Below, in pieces: positions 18,032 through 27,357 of a DNA stretch of 44,205 nucleotides. The stretch is from positions 1-44,205 of IMG/VR virus record IMGVR_UViG_3300043443_000124, one strand, 5' to 3'. The stretch comes from a virus. Taxonomy: Duplodnaviria; Caudoviricetes. Position 1 is the stretch's first letter; each line of letters begins with the position of its first letter. Both the position numbers and the translations under genes were made by a program. A model generated the notes under the pieces. It saw nothing but the letters and a program-made list of their open reading frames with translations, did no database searches and had not been told where the DNA came from.

Positions 18032-19153
18032 TTAGCTAGGGTTTTCGTTTGATGCAATGATGTTGTCGATTGCACTGTCAGCGTTGTAGCCAAGGTTTCC
18101 AGGAACGTTGTAGGTGTCTCCACCAGATCCTAGAGAGGTTACTGGGGTGTAGGCAGGTGCCTCAGGGTCCTTAGAGTCAGTTACGATGACCTTAGCACCA
18201 CGAGCTACAGTGTTTGGAGATCCAACAGAAGCGATGTCAGCAGTGATAGAGCTGCTTACAAAGCTTACAGTGTTGCCAGATACTGCAGATACAACCTGGT
18301 CTCCGTTTAGAGCAGGCGATACGTTAGATACAGAGATCACGTCGCCAGCAGCTATGCCAGGAGCAGCGCTGAATACTAGGTTACCCTGGGTACCAGCTAG
18401 TGTTGCGTAGTAGCTGCTCAAGGTTACAGAGCTTGGGTCAGATACTGCAGCTGAAGTAAATACAACAGGGCCAGAGCCGTCAGTCCAAGTGTAGAAGCCG
18501 TTTAGACCAGTAGGTGCCCAGTCAGTGCGTGCGTAAGCGTATGGACGCTCTGCAGCAATCGGGAATTCCCAGCGGCCATCAAGACCTGACTTGAAGTTAG
18601 CGTTTCCAAGACCGTAGCCTTCGAAGGTGTTAGCCATTAGGCCGTTCTCGATGACACGGTCGCCAGACTGACGCATCTTCACGAATGGGAAGATCCAGTG
18701 GAAGTATGGCAGTACGCCAGCCTTCTTGCCGTCCTTAATAGCGTGTGACCAAACCTCGATGGCAACACCGTTACCAGCAGGGTCGTCACCAACACCAGGA
18801 GCAGCCCAACCGATTGACTTGTGGTTAGGGTCGTCAGCAGTGCCAAGGTTCTTGCGAAGCAGTAGACCACCAGAAATTAGAGCAGATAGCTCTGGGTCTG
18901 GCTCACAAATAGCGAGCTCCATGGTGATACGCTTTAGAGTGTCTGGGGCCTTGTATGTTACGCATACAACACCGTTGGCACCCTTTTCGGTGATCTCGTC
19001 GCCTTCTTCGTATTCTGGAGTGAACGAAACACGCATAAAGGCTGAAGTGGTGTACGAGTCACCAGCTCCGCCCATTAGGTTACCAGCAGCATCTAGGCGG
19101 GTGACACGGATCGACACACCCTGAATGCTGGCTGCATATTCTTGAGTAGCCAT
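18032..19153 (-). CDS. Major tail protein with C-terminal accessory domain
   Basis: IRVTRLD..G, Y.EGDEI..K.ANG..C, EVWS and YFHWIFP, typical of actinophage tail tube proteins; followed by a strong hairpin. Confidence 0.85.
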   Translation of the reverse strand: MATQEYAASIQGVSIRVTRLDAAGNLMGGAGDSYTTSAFMRVSFTPEYEEGDEITEKGANGVVCVTYKAPDTLKRITMELAICEPDPELSALISGGLLLRKNLGTADDPNHKSIGWAAPGVGDDPAGNGVAIEVWSHAIKDGKKAGVLPYFHWIFPFVKMRQSGDRVIENGLMANTFEGYGLGNANFKSGLDGRWEFPIAAERPYAYARTDWAPTGLNGFYTWTDGSGPVVFTSAAVSDPSSVTLSSYYATLAGTQGNLVFSAAPGIAAGDVISVSNVSPALNGDQVVSAVSGNTVSFVSSSITADIASVGSPNTVARGAKVIVTDSKDPEAPAYTPVTSLGSGGDTYNVPGNLGYNADSAIDNIIASNENPS

Positions 19154-19177
19154 CTAGCTATTCTCCTTATTGGTTAA

Positions 19178-20053
19178 TTAAGCTGTTAGATCTACTCTGA
19201 CAGCTAGGTGGATGGATGTGTCAAAGTAAACCGCAGCTGGGCGGATTGCTTTGAGACGCATGTCATTTTGATTGCCCGACACATCGTAAGCTTGGCCTAG
19301 ATTGTCGTTCACGACATCGATATCGCCAAGGTAAACCTTGACAGTACCAGTGGCGTAAATCCATTTGTTGGTGTCTGATGCAGTTGCACCAGTTGCACCT
19401 ACTGGACCATTTCCAGAGTATCCAGAACCGATAACTACTGGAGTGCCAGTCAGAGTTTGTAGGTGATCGCGGCCGTCTTCGTGGAAGAACATCTGGCCGT
19501 TAGAGCTCATTAGGGTGGCAACATCACGAGTGATGTGGATGATGCCCTGCTCGCCGCCGTGAGATATAGCACCGATTTGCGCCTCGAGGAGAGCAAGAGC
19601 CCTACGTGGAGATAGGGCAGTTCCACCATTTAGGATTGTTGCTGAACCAGACGTAAGTGCACGGTTATCGTGACCAGCATCTAGGCGAACTCCGCCGTCC
19701 CAGATTTCATGCTCTAGAGCATGCTGAGTGATTCCCTCAAGCTGGCGAGTTAGTCGCTGTACGCGGTCTAGTCCGTTAAATCCAAGTGTGGAACGAAGCT
19801 CCTGCGCTTCGATGAAGAAAGGGTTGATGTAATCAAAGTATTTAGGTGAGCCAGCAGGAATAAACTCACTGCTGCTGCTGTCAGTGGCATCCCAGTTAGT
19901 AGCCGAGTATAGCTCGGTCTCCCACTCTTGAGAGAATCCGCGGATCCACTGATCTTCGCCAGGAGCGTTCTCTGGCTTAGCTACGGCCAGTAAGCCAAAG
20001 GCTGACGGCACAATCTTAGGTGCCGATACTACGCCTGTCTTGGAGAAAGCCAT
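19178..20053 (-). CDS. Second capsid protein (probable major capsid pentamer protein)
   Basis: 291 aa directly after the capsid gene, with P..FGLL, ALALLE, TxTGTPVVIGSGY and WIYATG.V. Matches my recollection of the hexamer/pentamer gene pair of cluster-B-like actinophages. Confidence 0.6.
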   Translation of the reverse strand: MAFSKTGVVSAPKIVPSAFGLLAVAKPENAPGEDQWIRGFSQEWETELYSATNWDATDSSSSEFIPAGSPKYFDYINPFFIEAQELRSTLGFNGLDRVQRLTRQLEGITQHALEHEIWDGGVRLDAGHDNRALTSGSATILNGGTALSPRRALALLEAQIGAISHGGEQGIIHITRDVATLMSSNGQMFFHEDGRDHLQTLTGTPVVIGSGYSGNGPVGATGATASDTNKWIYATGTVKVYLGDIDVVNDNLGQAYDVSGNQNDMRLKAIRPAAVYFDTSIHLAVRVDLTA

Positions 20054-20084
20054 TATAATCCTCGCTTAAAAGTTTTTAGGGGGT

Positions 20085-20119
20085 GGGTGCCCCCCGAGCC
20101 GAAGCTCGGAGGGCGACCC
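20085..20119 (-). terminator. GC-rich hairpin with cUUCGg tetraloop after the capsid gene
   Basis: Minus strand GCCCTCCGAGC-TTCG-GCTCGGGGGGC, located between the two capsid genes. Confidence 0.75.
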
Positions 20120-20133
20120 TATTAAGTTATGGT

Positions 20134-22287
20134 TTAGAGCTCGATAGCAGCTGCAGTAGCGCCACCAGTGGTGTCGCGAAGAGCAGCAGCCACACCGTTG
20201 ATGTTAACGGTCTGGGTAACCTTTAGAGACTCGATACCAACCTTGGCAAGACCCTCGAAGGTCTCAACGAACATCTTGTAGTCGTTGGTGCCGACTAGCG
20301 AGCTGTCGCGGATGATACCTAGGTCCAGAGTACCGCCGTCAAGGAACAAGAAGGTTCCCTCAGCGAACAGGTACCAGGTGAAGGTGTCTGGGAACTCTAG
20401 AAGAGCTGCAGCACCCTGTGCACCGAAGTAGTTCTGGTCAGGAGTTGCAACTAGAGTTACGTTGCTAAGAGCTAGGTAGCCCTCGATCTCCGAACGGCCA
20501 ACTGCGATGGTGTTGTCGCCAGGCATTGCGATAGCCAAGTCAGCAGCCATTGCGTCGAATACCCAGTCAGGAATGATAGCCTTCAACTGAGTGGTCGCTG
20601 CAATGCGGTGACGTGAACGGTAAGCAACAGCAGCCTTGCGAAGAGTCACAAGGAAGTCACGACCGAAACCGATTAGGGTGCCAGAAGTAACAGCGGTTGA
20701 TGCGTTACCAATCTTGGTTAGCAAGTTAACCTCAGCCTCACGAGCGTGCTGTACAAGAGCAAGCTCGTTGTGACGAGCGATCAACTCTGGGTAAGCGCGG
20801 GTCATCAGGTTACCGAACTGTAGCTGTAGGGTTACAGCGTCAGTTACAGCAGTCTGCTCTGCAGCAGCAGAAACAGTCAGGCTGGTCTTGGTAGCACCCT
20901 GAGGGTCAGCGTCAACAGCAGCGGTCCATACGCCAACAGCGTCAGCGTAGTCGCCCGAAGCGAATGAAGGTGGGGTTACGAAACGGATACCGCCGCGGTC
21001 AGCCTGGAAGCGAGGCAGTGCATCGCGAACTGGGCGAACGGTGGTCGAGCCAAGGCCGAAAATGTCGTACTTAGTCTCGACTGGAGCAGCGTGGCCACCA
21101 GAAGCAACAAGTGCATCCTGACCTACAACTGCGTCAATCTTCGAAGCGTTTGCCTCTGCGTCGGTACCGAGGAAGCGAGCCTCTGGGTACTGGGTCGAGA
21201 AAGAAGCAACAATGTGCTGCTCTCCGTCGCCACCGTTTACACGGCGAAGCGAGTGTAGACGCTTCTCCATAGCCGAGGCAACCTCGGACATGCTTGAAAT
21301 GGTGCTTCCCGCGGTGTAGCCAGGAATGTCTGCGCCAGCGGTGATTGCCACTGGTGCCTCGGTAACCTGAACTACAGGCTGACGGTCAGCTGGAGCCTCG
21401 AAAGGCTGTTCTGCTGCGGCGCTCACTAGTGCCTGCTCTTTCTGCTCTTCTACGAGAGCGGTTGATGTTTCAATGTTTGCTTCTGAAGAAAGCTCAGCAG
21501 CAGTCTCAACTTCAGCTACTGCTTCTGCAGTCTCTTCGGTTGAAAGCTCTACGGCTTCTTCGGTTGTGGTTGATAGTTCAGAACCGTCTTCCTGAGCGGT
21601 TGATGCTTCTGCGACCTCTTCGGTCTCAGATACGGCTTCGGTGCTTGCCTCAACGGCAGCCTCGGTAACCTCTGAAGCTTCTACTACAGTCTCTTCGACT
21701 GAAGCTTCCGCCTCGACTGGAGCCTCGGCCACAGTTTCCTCAGCAGCAGAAAGCTCTGCTTCTGGGGTCGAAACCTCTGCGGTCTCAACTGTAGCTGCCT
21801 CGGTTGCTTCTACGGCAGAAGTTTCCTGCTCAGAAGCTGATGCCTGTACTGACATTTCTTCTTCCTTTTCTTCTTCTTCCTTAGCTTCCTCGGCGGCCTC
21901 TGGAGCTTCTTCCTCGGTTACCTCTTCTGCTGGAACTTCCTCTGCAGGAACTTCCTCAGCTGGGGCTTCTTCAGTAACTTCGCCAGTAGGCTCTTCTTCG
22001 GTCATAGCCATTTCTTCTCCCTCATCGGCAACCTGACCCTTGACACGGGCAGTTGCTTCAGCGGCACGCTGAGCAAGCTCAGCAGCCATAGCCTCGCGGT
22101 TAGCGAGTTCACCACGTACGATGTCAAGAGAGTCGGCTAGCGACGTCATAGCATCAACTGTCTCAGGAGTCGGGTCTTCACCCTCAACCATTTCAAACTG
22201 GCTGACAATATCTGCCTGAAGCTCTGCGAGTTGTTCGTCGCTAAGCTCAGTGATAGTGTCAAGCTGAGTCTTGATCTGGTCGTACAC
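20134..22287 (-). CDS. Major capsid (hexamer) protein with fused N-terminal scaffold and long acidic linker
   Basis: GTG start with AGGAGG. N-terminal coiled coil, about 200 aa of E/A/T-rich linker, then ALVASGG..AP....YD, DALPRF...RGGI and C-terminal LDLGIIRDSSLVGTNDY..F.ETFEG. Confidence 0.88.
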   Translation of the reverse strand: MYDQIKTQLDTITELSDEQLAELQADIVSQFEMVEGEDPTPETVDAMTSLADSLDIVRGELANREAMAAELAQRAAEATARVKGQVADEGEEMAMTEEEPTGEVTEEAPAEEVPAEEVPAEEVTEEEAPEAAEEAKEEEEKEEEMSVQASASEQETSAVEATEAATVETAEVSTPEAELSAAEETVAEAPVEAEASVEETVVEASEVTEAAVEASTEAVSETEEVAEASTAQEDGSELSTTTEEAVELSTEETAEAVAEVETAAELSSEANIETSTALVEEQKEQALVSAAAEQPFEAPADRQPVVQVTEAPVAITAGADIPGYTAGSTISSMSEVASAMEKRLHSLRRVNGGDGEQHIVASFSTQYPEARFLGTDAEANASKIDAVVGQDALVASGGHAAPVETKYDIFGLGSTTVRPVRDALPRFQADRGGIRFVTPPSFASGDYADAVGVWTAAVDADPQGATKTSLTVSAAAEQTAVTDAVTLQLQFGNLMTRAYPELIARHNELALVQHAREAEVNLLTKIGNASTAVTSGTLIGFGRDFLVTLRKAAVAYRSRHRIAATTQLKAIIPDWVFDAMAADLAIAMPGDNTIAVGRSEIEGYLALSNVTLVATPDQNYFGAQGAAALLEFPDTFTWYLFAEGTFLFLDGGTLDLGIIRDSSLVGTNDYKMFVETFEGLAKVGIESLKVTQTVNINGVAAALRDTTGGATAAAIEL

Positions 22288-22391
22288 TGTACCTCCTAGG
22301 CCAGTTAGTTGTGGATGTGACTTACATCCTATTTACAGTCAAGGCCGAGGGACTCCACGCAACATGGCGCGAGGCACTCCACCTACGGATA

Positions 22392-22399
22392 ATTTTACC
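22392..22399 (-). promoter_or_regulatory. Recurrent GGTAAAAT promoter -10 element upstream of the capsid gene
   Basis: ATAAGGTAAAATTA, about 105 nt upstream of the capsid start. Confidence 0.6.
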
Positions 22400-22406
22400 T
22401 TATTTT

Positions 22407-25400
22407 TTAGGTAAGGAGTCGGAGCAGCTTACTCATCTGTGATTGCACCTCACCTTGAGAGTAAACATCTGCTCCAGACATGTAGGATTTGAGATCAGCC
22501 GTAGCAATATCTGCATCCTCTTTACCGATCTTTGCTTCAACTCTTGTAATCATCGAATCGATGAGGTCCTTGAGTCCAGCAGGCAGATCGCTAAACTTAA
22601 TTTTGTCGGCTTCTTTACCGAACGGTAGTGGAAGGTTGGCAATTGTCTTACCTAGTTCCGCTGCTGTAAGTCTAACATTCTCTAAAGCCTGGGCATTTAG
22701 AGCACCAGCGTCTAGACGGTCAATCATTCCAAGCAGTTCTGAGCTTGCACTTACAGATGCGGCGTAGTCACCAGCGAAGTCTAGGTTTTCTGCAGCTTCA
22801 GCCTTCTCTAGAGCCTTAGCCAATCCAGCAACACCTAAGTCCTGCTTAAGACGAGCAAGAACTGTGCGGTACTTACCCTTAGCATCACGAGGCTGGTTGA
22901 CGCCAGATACATACTTTTGTCTACCATTTTCGTCATAGGTATCTTCTACAGTTGTGCGACCAGCCTTAACATCTTCGGCACGAGCGATCTCTTCTTCAGT
23001 CTGCTTTTCAGCTTCCTTTTTAGCTTCGCGGAGCTCTTTTAGGTCTGAGTCAGAGATCTCTTCCTCTTTTGGGGCAGCAGCCACCACCGCCTCTAGCTTT
23101 GCACGCATAGATGCAACTACGCTTGCAGCCTCAGCTGAGTCAGCGTTCTTCCAGTGCTGAGGAATAAGAGCTTCCTGCTTCAACTTGCGAGCCTGCTTGA
23201 TGATGTGCTTTCGGACTTCGCGACGCTCTGAAGCTTTTGCGCGACCATAAGCCTGAATAGCATTCTTAAGGTCTTCTACATTGCGAATTGGGTAAGCGCC
23301 ATCTGGCATTGCCTTACCTTCCTTAGCAAGCTCCATGCGCTCTTCTTCAGAAATCTTTGCAAGCTCTGCTACCGCAGCTGCTACAAGAGTCTTCTCACGA
23401 AGCTCAGCAGCGCTGGCAGTTAGAGCCTGCAAGTTGGCAGCACGTAGTGCCTTCTTTGCTTCCCTGACACGGCCTTTTAGATCTGGAGCACTAGCTGCAA
23501 GCTCTCCAAGCATTTCTGCCTTTGTGGAAAGAGCGCAAGCTGCCCCAGAGCACTTCATCATTGCCATGTAGCTAGCACCAGCTGCAACTAGGGCAAGAAC
23601 CTTACCAGAAGCAATCATGGCGCGAGCGGTTGGGAAGCCTGGTACGTTTACCTGACAAATAGCAACAAGTTCAAGAGAACCGTTAATTGGACGCCAGTCA
23701 CCAGAAGGAGCAGAAGCACGAAGTGCACGGATCTGAAGCTCATCTAGATTCGGACGTAGGGATCCAGCGCACCAGATTCCGTACTCGTCTTCTCCAACAT
23801 GGATATCTGCAACAGCAGATGCGGTGTCGTCATAGTGCTTTGCAGCAGTCATGGCGTCAACATTTAGCGGAGCATGTCCGCCAGCAAGAGTAAGCTGACC
23901 AACAGGAACATCAGTACCTGCTTCAGTTCTAATAACTCCAGTGTGGAAGTAAGCATACTTGCTGCGAGAGCGAGGAGGCTTAGTTGCACGTGGCAGTCCG
24001 ATGTGGTTTACGTTCCAGGCCGCAATGTGCCCGTAGACGCGACCATCATCGGTAACAGTTAGTGGGGTAGCCTTAGTGAACCCTGGGTTCTGGAACCAAT
24101 CTGCTGGTGGCGTCATCGGGATATCTGACTTTAAAAAGCCAGATGCTGTAATAGGTTCGACGTCAGCAAAGTCCTGCATAGACTCTTCGTATACGCCATC
24201 TTCTGGGGTCACGTTTTCCTCCTGATCCCCTTCGGCTTGCAACAAAATAGAGCATTCTTGGAATGCTGGCTTAGCTACAATTGTAGCAGCCATTATGCGG
24301 GCCTTATTTATGGTAAGTTTATCCTTACCAAATTCCTGCCCATCTCCCTCAGCCATTTCTGGTTCTGGCTTCTTCTCTTCTTTTGCCTCAAACTGGTCGA
24401 GGTCTACAGAAACACCACGCAAGAATCCGTGGCGAACTAAGCGCTCTGCTTCTCGACCATAAGGACCCGTGTCAAACACACCGCGAGCATTACCCATTCC
24501 GCCTTCAATACGCTCGATGTAGTCGATACGTCCAACTACAACAGAACCGTCGTGACCAGCACCAGTTTTGATTTGCCATAGAAGTGGCACTGGCAGGTCA
24601 CGCATAGTGATAGCGCCCTTGCGGAACTTTCTGCCATCGCCAGATTCGGCTTCCTCTGGGACAAGCATTGGAATAGTGAAGCTGGCTCCCTGCTCTGCAC
24701 GAACAGACGCAACTAAGCCAATCTTCTCTCTAGCATCCGAAGCTAGGGCAGCTAGGCGACCCTTCTCAATCATTGCCTCGTTGAATGCTTCTTCTGACGT
24801 GTACAGATTCTCCATACCCGAGAAAGAGTTATTCTTCTTGCCTGGGTTGTATTTGCTACCAGTGTAAACACCAGTTGCCTCCTTATGGCGAAGCTGGCAA
24901 TAGCCCTTCGCACGTGGGCCCATGTACTTGGAAAGTTGACGAACGCAGCGAGTCCAGTCACCAGGAGTGCCCCAGCGGATCTTGAGAGCACCCTTACCAG
25001 TAGTCCAGTAACGGCGAAGCTTCTCGGCATTGCCACGGTTGCGGTCGAATCCGCCAGCAGCAAGTAGTGGCTCTACTACCTTTTCCCAGAAGATCGAGAA
25101 CTCTAATGCAGAAGCCTGAACTGGTGCCTTGTCGTCTACCTGAAGGAGGACATCGTTCAAAACTTCTTTGTCATCTAGAGCAACTACAGGAGGTGGAGCA
25201 GACGACTTTAGGTCCATAAGAACCTGGCCATTAGGAACCCACTTGCCGCCTTCGCGAACAAAGGTTGCTGGCTCGGAAGAGGTTGCGCTAGCTGGCACTA
25301 AGGCAACAAGATCCATAACAGCCGAGTGGTCGTCTGGAGAAACTAGAGCTAAATACTTTGGAGCTACGTCAGACTTGTCTGGGGTGTATACAGAATCTAA

Positions 25401-26723
25401 GCCAACCTCTGCAGATGCAAATGTCAGACCGTGACGGTCTTTCACAAACTTCTTGTCGTACTCCTTCAGACCCTTAGGCTTGTCAGCGTGAAGCTTATAT
25501 GAAGCACGCGACTTCTCCACAAACTTAGGGTAGTTAGAGATCAAGTTGTGTAGGTCTGATCTCGTTAGAGGCTTCATGGTTCCAGGCAAATGAGCCTTAG
25601 GCATGTTCGATGGGGTTCTAGGTTCCGCCAAAATGCCATCAAAGTTGATAGGAGGCATATTGTCTTTGTTTAGAACTGTAGGAGCGTCAACATCCTCCTC
25701 AGCTTCAGTGTATTTTGCGTCTACAGAGATGCTCTTACCGCTGTCAAGTCGTACTTTGACCTTACCAGTTTTGTAGTCAACTGACTCAATGGTTCCAGAG
25801 CCGCGCTCGCGGTCTCCAGCAACAACAGTTCTTGAACCAACTTTTACGAACTCGCCGTTGGCGTTTCTAGGCTGGCTTGATGCAATAGATGATCGCTCTT
25901 CAGGAGTGTAATTTCCATCTTTGTCAGTAGGAGATTCGCCAGCAGCGGTAATTACTCGATCAATAGTGGTGAAATCTTCTCCAGCAAGACCTTCTTCCAT
26001 AAGAAGTGTCTCCTCTGGGTCAATCTCGCTCAAAAGTACAGACTGAAATGGTCGTTCTTGCAAGAAAGCAGAGATGATTACTGCCGAAGATGGGTCAATC
26101 AGAACGTGTGTTTTCTCTACAAGATCGCTAGGGTCATCAAGAGCTGCGTCATATGAGTAAACATCGCCATCCACGTGTCCCATGTTGTCCCAGCCAGAGC
26201 CATCCCAAAGATATACCTGGCCATCGACATCTACTTTATATAGGCGGTCAATTCCAGAGTTGTCCAGGCGAATGCGAGCCATAAATTCTGGGCCCATGTA
26301 TGGGTCAAGCTCGTGAGCCATCTTGAAAGCATCAAGCTCATCGTAAGTCTCTTCGGTCTCTACAAAACCATAAGCACCGCCAGCAGTGGTAGCTTGCTTC
26401 TTATTCTCTCGCTCTACGATTGCAGCAGCCCAACGCCAAGCAGCGTCTCCACCCCAAAGAGCCCAGGCAATGCGGCCGTTAGACGGGAACTTGTCTTCGC
26501 CTGGTGCCCAGCCTTTGCCCTTCTTGTCGACTTCGTGACGAGGGAAGTACTTCGCGATGTGACGGATCTTCTCGATACCAATCTGACCGCCCTTTGCTAG
26601 GGTGCGAGCGGTGTTCAAGCCGACAGGTGTGCCGCCGCGCTTGTGTTCTTTTCTCCACTCAAGGGCCTTTTTAGCTTCCTTTTGGACGCCTCCAGGGATG
26701 GTATAAAGTTTAGAAGTCGACAC
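22407..26723 (-). CDS. Multidomain prohead (capsid maturation) protease fusion protein
   Basis: Directly upstream of the capsid gene. Protease-like core SGDGR.F...PVPLLWQ...GHDGSVVVGRI...GVSVDLD...ATIVAKPAF; further modules NGRIAWALWGGD, LRRYW...IRWGTPGDWTRC, DGRVYGHIAAW...SGDWR and YPIRNVEDLKNAI. Confidence 0.75.
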   Translation of the reverse strand: MSTSKLYTIPGGVQKEAKKALEWRKEHKRGGTPVGLNTARTLAKGGQIGIEKIRHIAKYFPRHEVDKKGKGWAPGEDKFPSNGRIAWALWGGDAAWRWAAAIVERENKKQATTAGGAYGFVETEETYDELDAFKMAHELDPYMGPEFMARIRLDNSGIDRLYKVDVDGQVYLWDGSGWDNMGHVDGDVYSYDAALDDPSDLVEKTHVLIDPSSAVIISAFLQERPFQSVLLSEIDPEETLLMEEGLAGEDFTTIDRVITAAGESPTDKDGNYTPEERSSIASSQPRNANGEFVKVGSRTVVAGDRERGSGTIESVDYKTGKVKVRLDSGKSISVDAKYTEAEEDVDAPTVLNKDNMPPINFDGILAEPRTPSNMPKAHLPGTMKPLTRSDLHNLISNYPKFVEKSRASYKLHADKPKGLKEYDKKFVKDRHGLTFASAEVGLDSVYTPDKSDVAPKYLALVSPDDHSAVMDLVALVPASATSSEPATFVREGGKWVPNGQVLMDLKSSAPPPVVALDDKEVLNDVLLQVDDKAPVQASALEFSIFWEKVVEPLLAAGGFDRNRGNAEKLRRYWTTGKGALKIRWGTPGDWTRCVRQLSKYMGPRAKGYCQLRHKEATGVYTGSKYNPGKKNNSFSGMENLYTSEEAFNEAMIEKGRLAALASDAREKIGLVASVRAEQGASFTIPMLVPEEAESGDGRKFRKGAITMRDLPVPLLWQIKTGAGHDGSVVVGRIDYIERIEGGMGNARGVFDTGPYGREAERLVRHGFLRGVSVDLDQFEAKEEKKPEPEMAEGDGQEFGKDKLTINKARIMAATIVAKPAFQECSILLQAEGDQEENVTPEDGVYEESMQDFADVEPITASGFLKSDIPMTPPADWFQNPGFTKATPLTVTDDGRVYGHIAAWNVNHIGLPRATKPPRSRSKYAYFHTGVIRTEAGTDVPVGQLTLAGGHAPLNVDAMTAAKHYDDTASAVADIHVGEDEYGIWCAGSLRPNLDELQIRALRASAPSGDWRPINGSLELVAICQVNVPGFPTARAMIASGKVLALVAAGASYMAMMKCSGAACALSTKAEMLGELAASAPDLKGRVREAKKALRAANLQALTASAAELREKTLVAAAVAELAKISEEERMELAKEGKAMPDGAYPIRNVEDLKNAIQAYGRAKASERREVRKHIIKQARKLKQEALIPQHWKNADSAEAASVVASMRAKLEAVVAAAPKEEEISDSDLKELREAKKEAEKQTEEEIARAEDVKAGRTTVEDTYDENGRQKYVSGVNQPRDAKGKYRTVLARLKQDLGVAGLAKALEKAEAAENLDFAGDYAASVSASSELLGMIDRLDAGALNAQALENVRLTAAELGKTIANLPLPFGKEADKIKFSDLPAGLKDLIDSMITRVEAKIGKEDADIATADLKSYMSGADVYSQGEVQSQMSKLLRLLT

Positions 26724-26725
26724 TA

Positions 26726-27097
26726 TTACTCCTGGTCAGAGCTCTCTAGCTCAACGTTAATTTTGTGAGCGTACTTTACAAGGTCGCTGGCTTCAAGCTT
26801 TTCCCCGTTATCCCAGGCTTGCACCAACTGGTGCTCCCACTCCTGGCCGTTGGCAGGATTTGGGTTGATGATTGGCTCTTTGTCCCAGTCAATCTTCCAT
26901 ACGTCATACTCTTCACTGTTCAGGTATCCAGCTAGCTCTTCGCTAGTTCTTGGAGTAAGCTCCCAGTCGCCATCGCGTCTGATTGCTGTGCCGAACAGGT
27001 TGAAAGTGATGATGGCATCGACAGCGCCAGTCTCTTTGTTTACATAGCAGTAGAGCGAAACAAGCTCTGAGTCTGCATATTTAGTGTCTTCAGCCAT
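26726..27097 (-). CDS. Hypothetical acidic protein
   Basis: 123-aa ORF ending 2 nt before the protease gene start; no family recognised. Confidence 0.65.
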   Translation of the reverse strand: MAEDTKYADSELVSLYCYVNKETGAVDAIITFNLFGTAIRRDGDWELTPRTSEELAGYLNSEEYDVWKIDWDKEPIINPNPANGQEWEHQLVQAWDNGEKLEASDLVKYAHKINVELESSDQE

Positions 27098-27139
27098 CTT
27101 TTTCCTAATCGATAGTTGGCAAAACCAGCATCAAATAAT

Positions 27140-27147
27140 ATTTTACC
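27140..27147 (-). promoter_or_regulatory. Recurrent GGTAAAAT promoter -10 element flanked by an inverted repeat
   Basis: TTATGGTAAAATA, enclosed by the inverted pair ATCAAATA (27130-27137) and TATTTGAT (27152-27159). Confidence 0.6.
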
Positions 27148-27163
27148 ATAATATTTGATTTAA

Positions 27164-27343
27164 CTAGTCTTTAAGTTCCTTAACTAGACGCATTCCATAG
27201 TATTCTTTAAGCTCTGGAACTAGAGTAACTAGCTGCGCTACCTCGTCTAGAGGGAGAGCATCGAGGTCAATCCTCTCCTCTACTGGACCATCTTGCGTGT
27301 CGATGGTTACGTGAATCACGTTTTCTTTGGCGTTTTTATCCAT
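27164..27343 (-). CDS. Small acidic hypothetical protein (59 aa)
   Basis: Below the ORF-track cutoff. Translated by hand: MDKNAKENVIHVTIDTQDGPVEERIDLDALPLDEVAQLVTLVPELKEYYGMRLVKELKD. It fills the gap after the 1224-aa gene. Confidence 0.65.
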   Translation of the reverse strand: MDKNAKENVIHVTIDTQDGPVEERIDLDALPLDEVAQLVTLVPELKEYYGMRLVKELKD

Positions 27344-27357
27344 AAGTAAACCCTACC

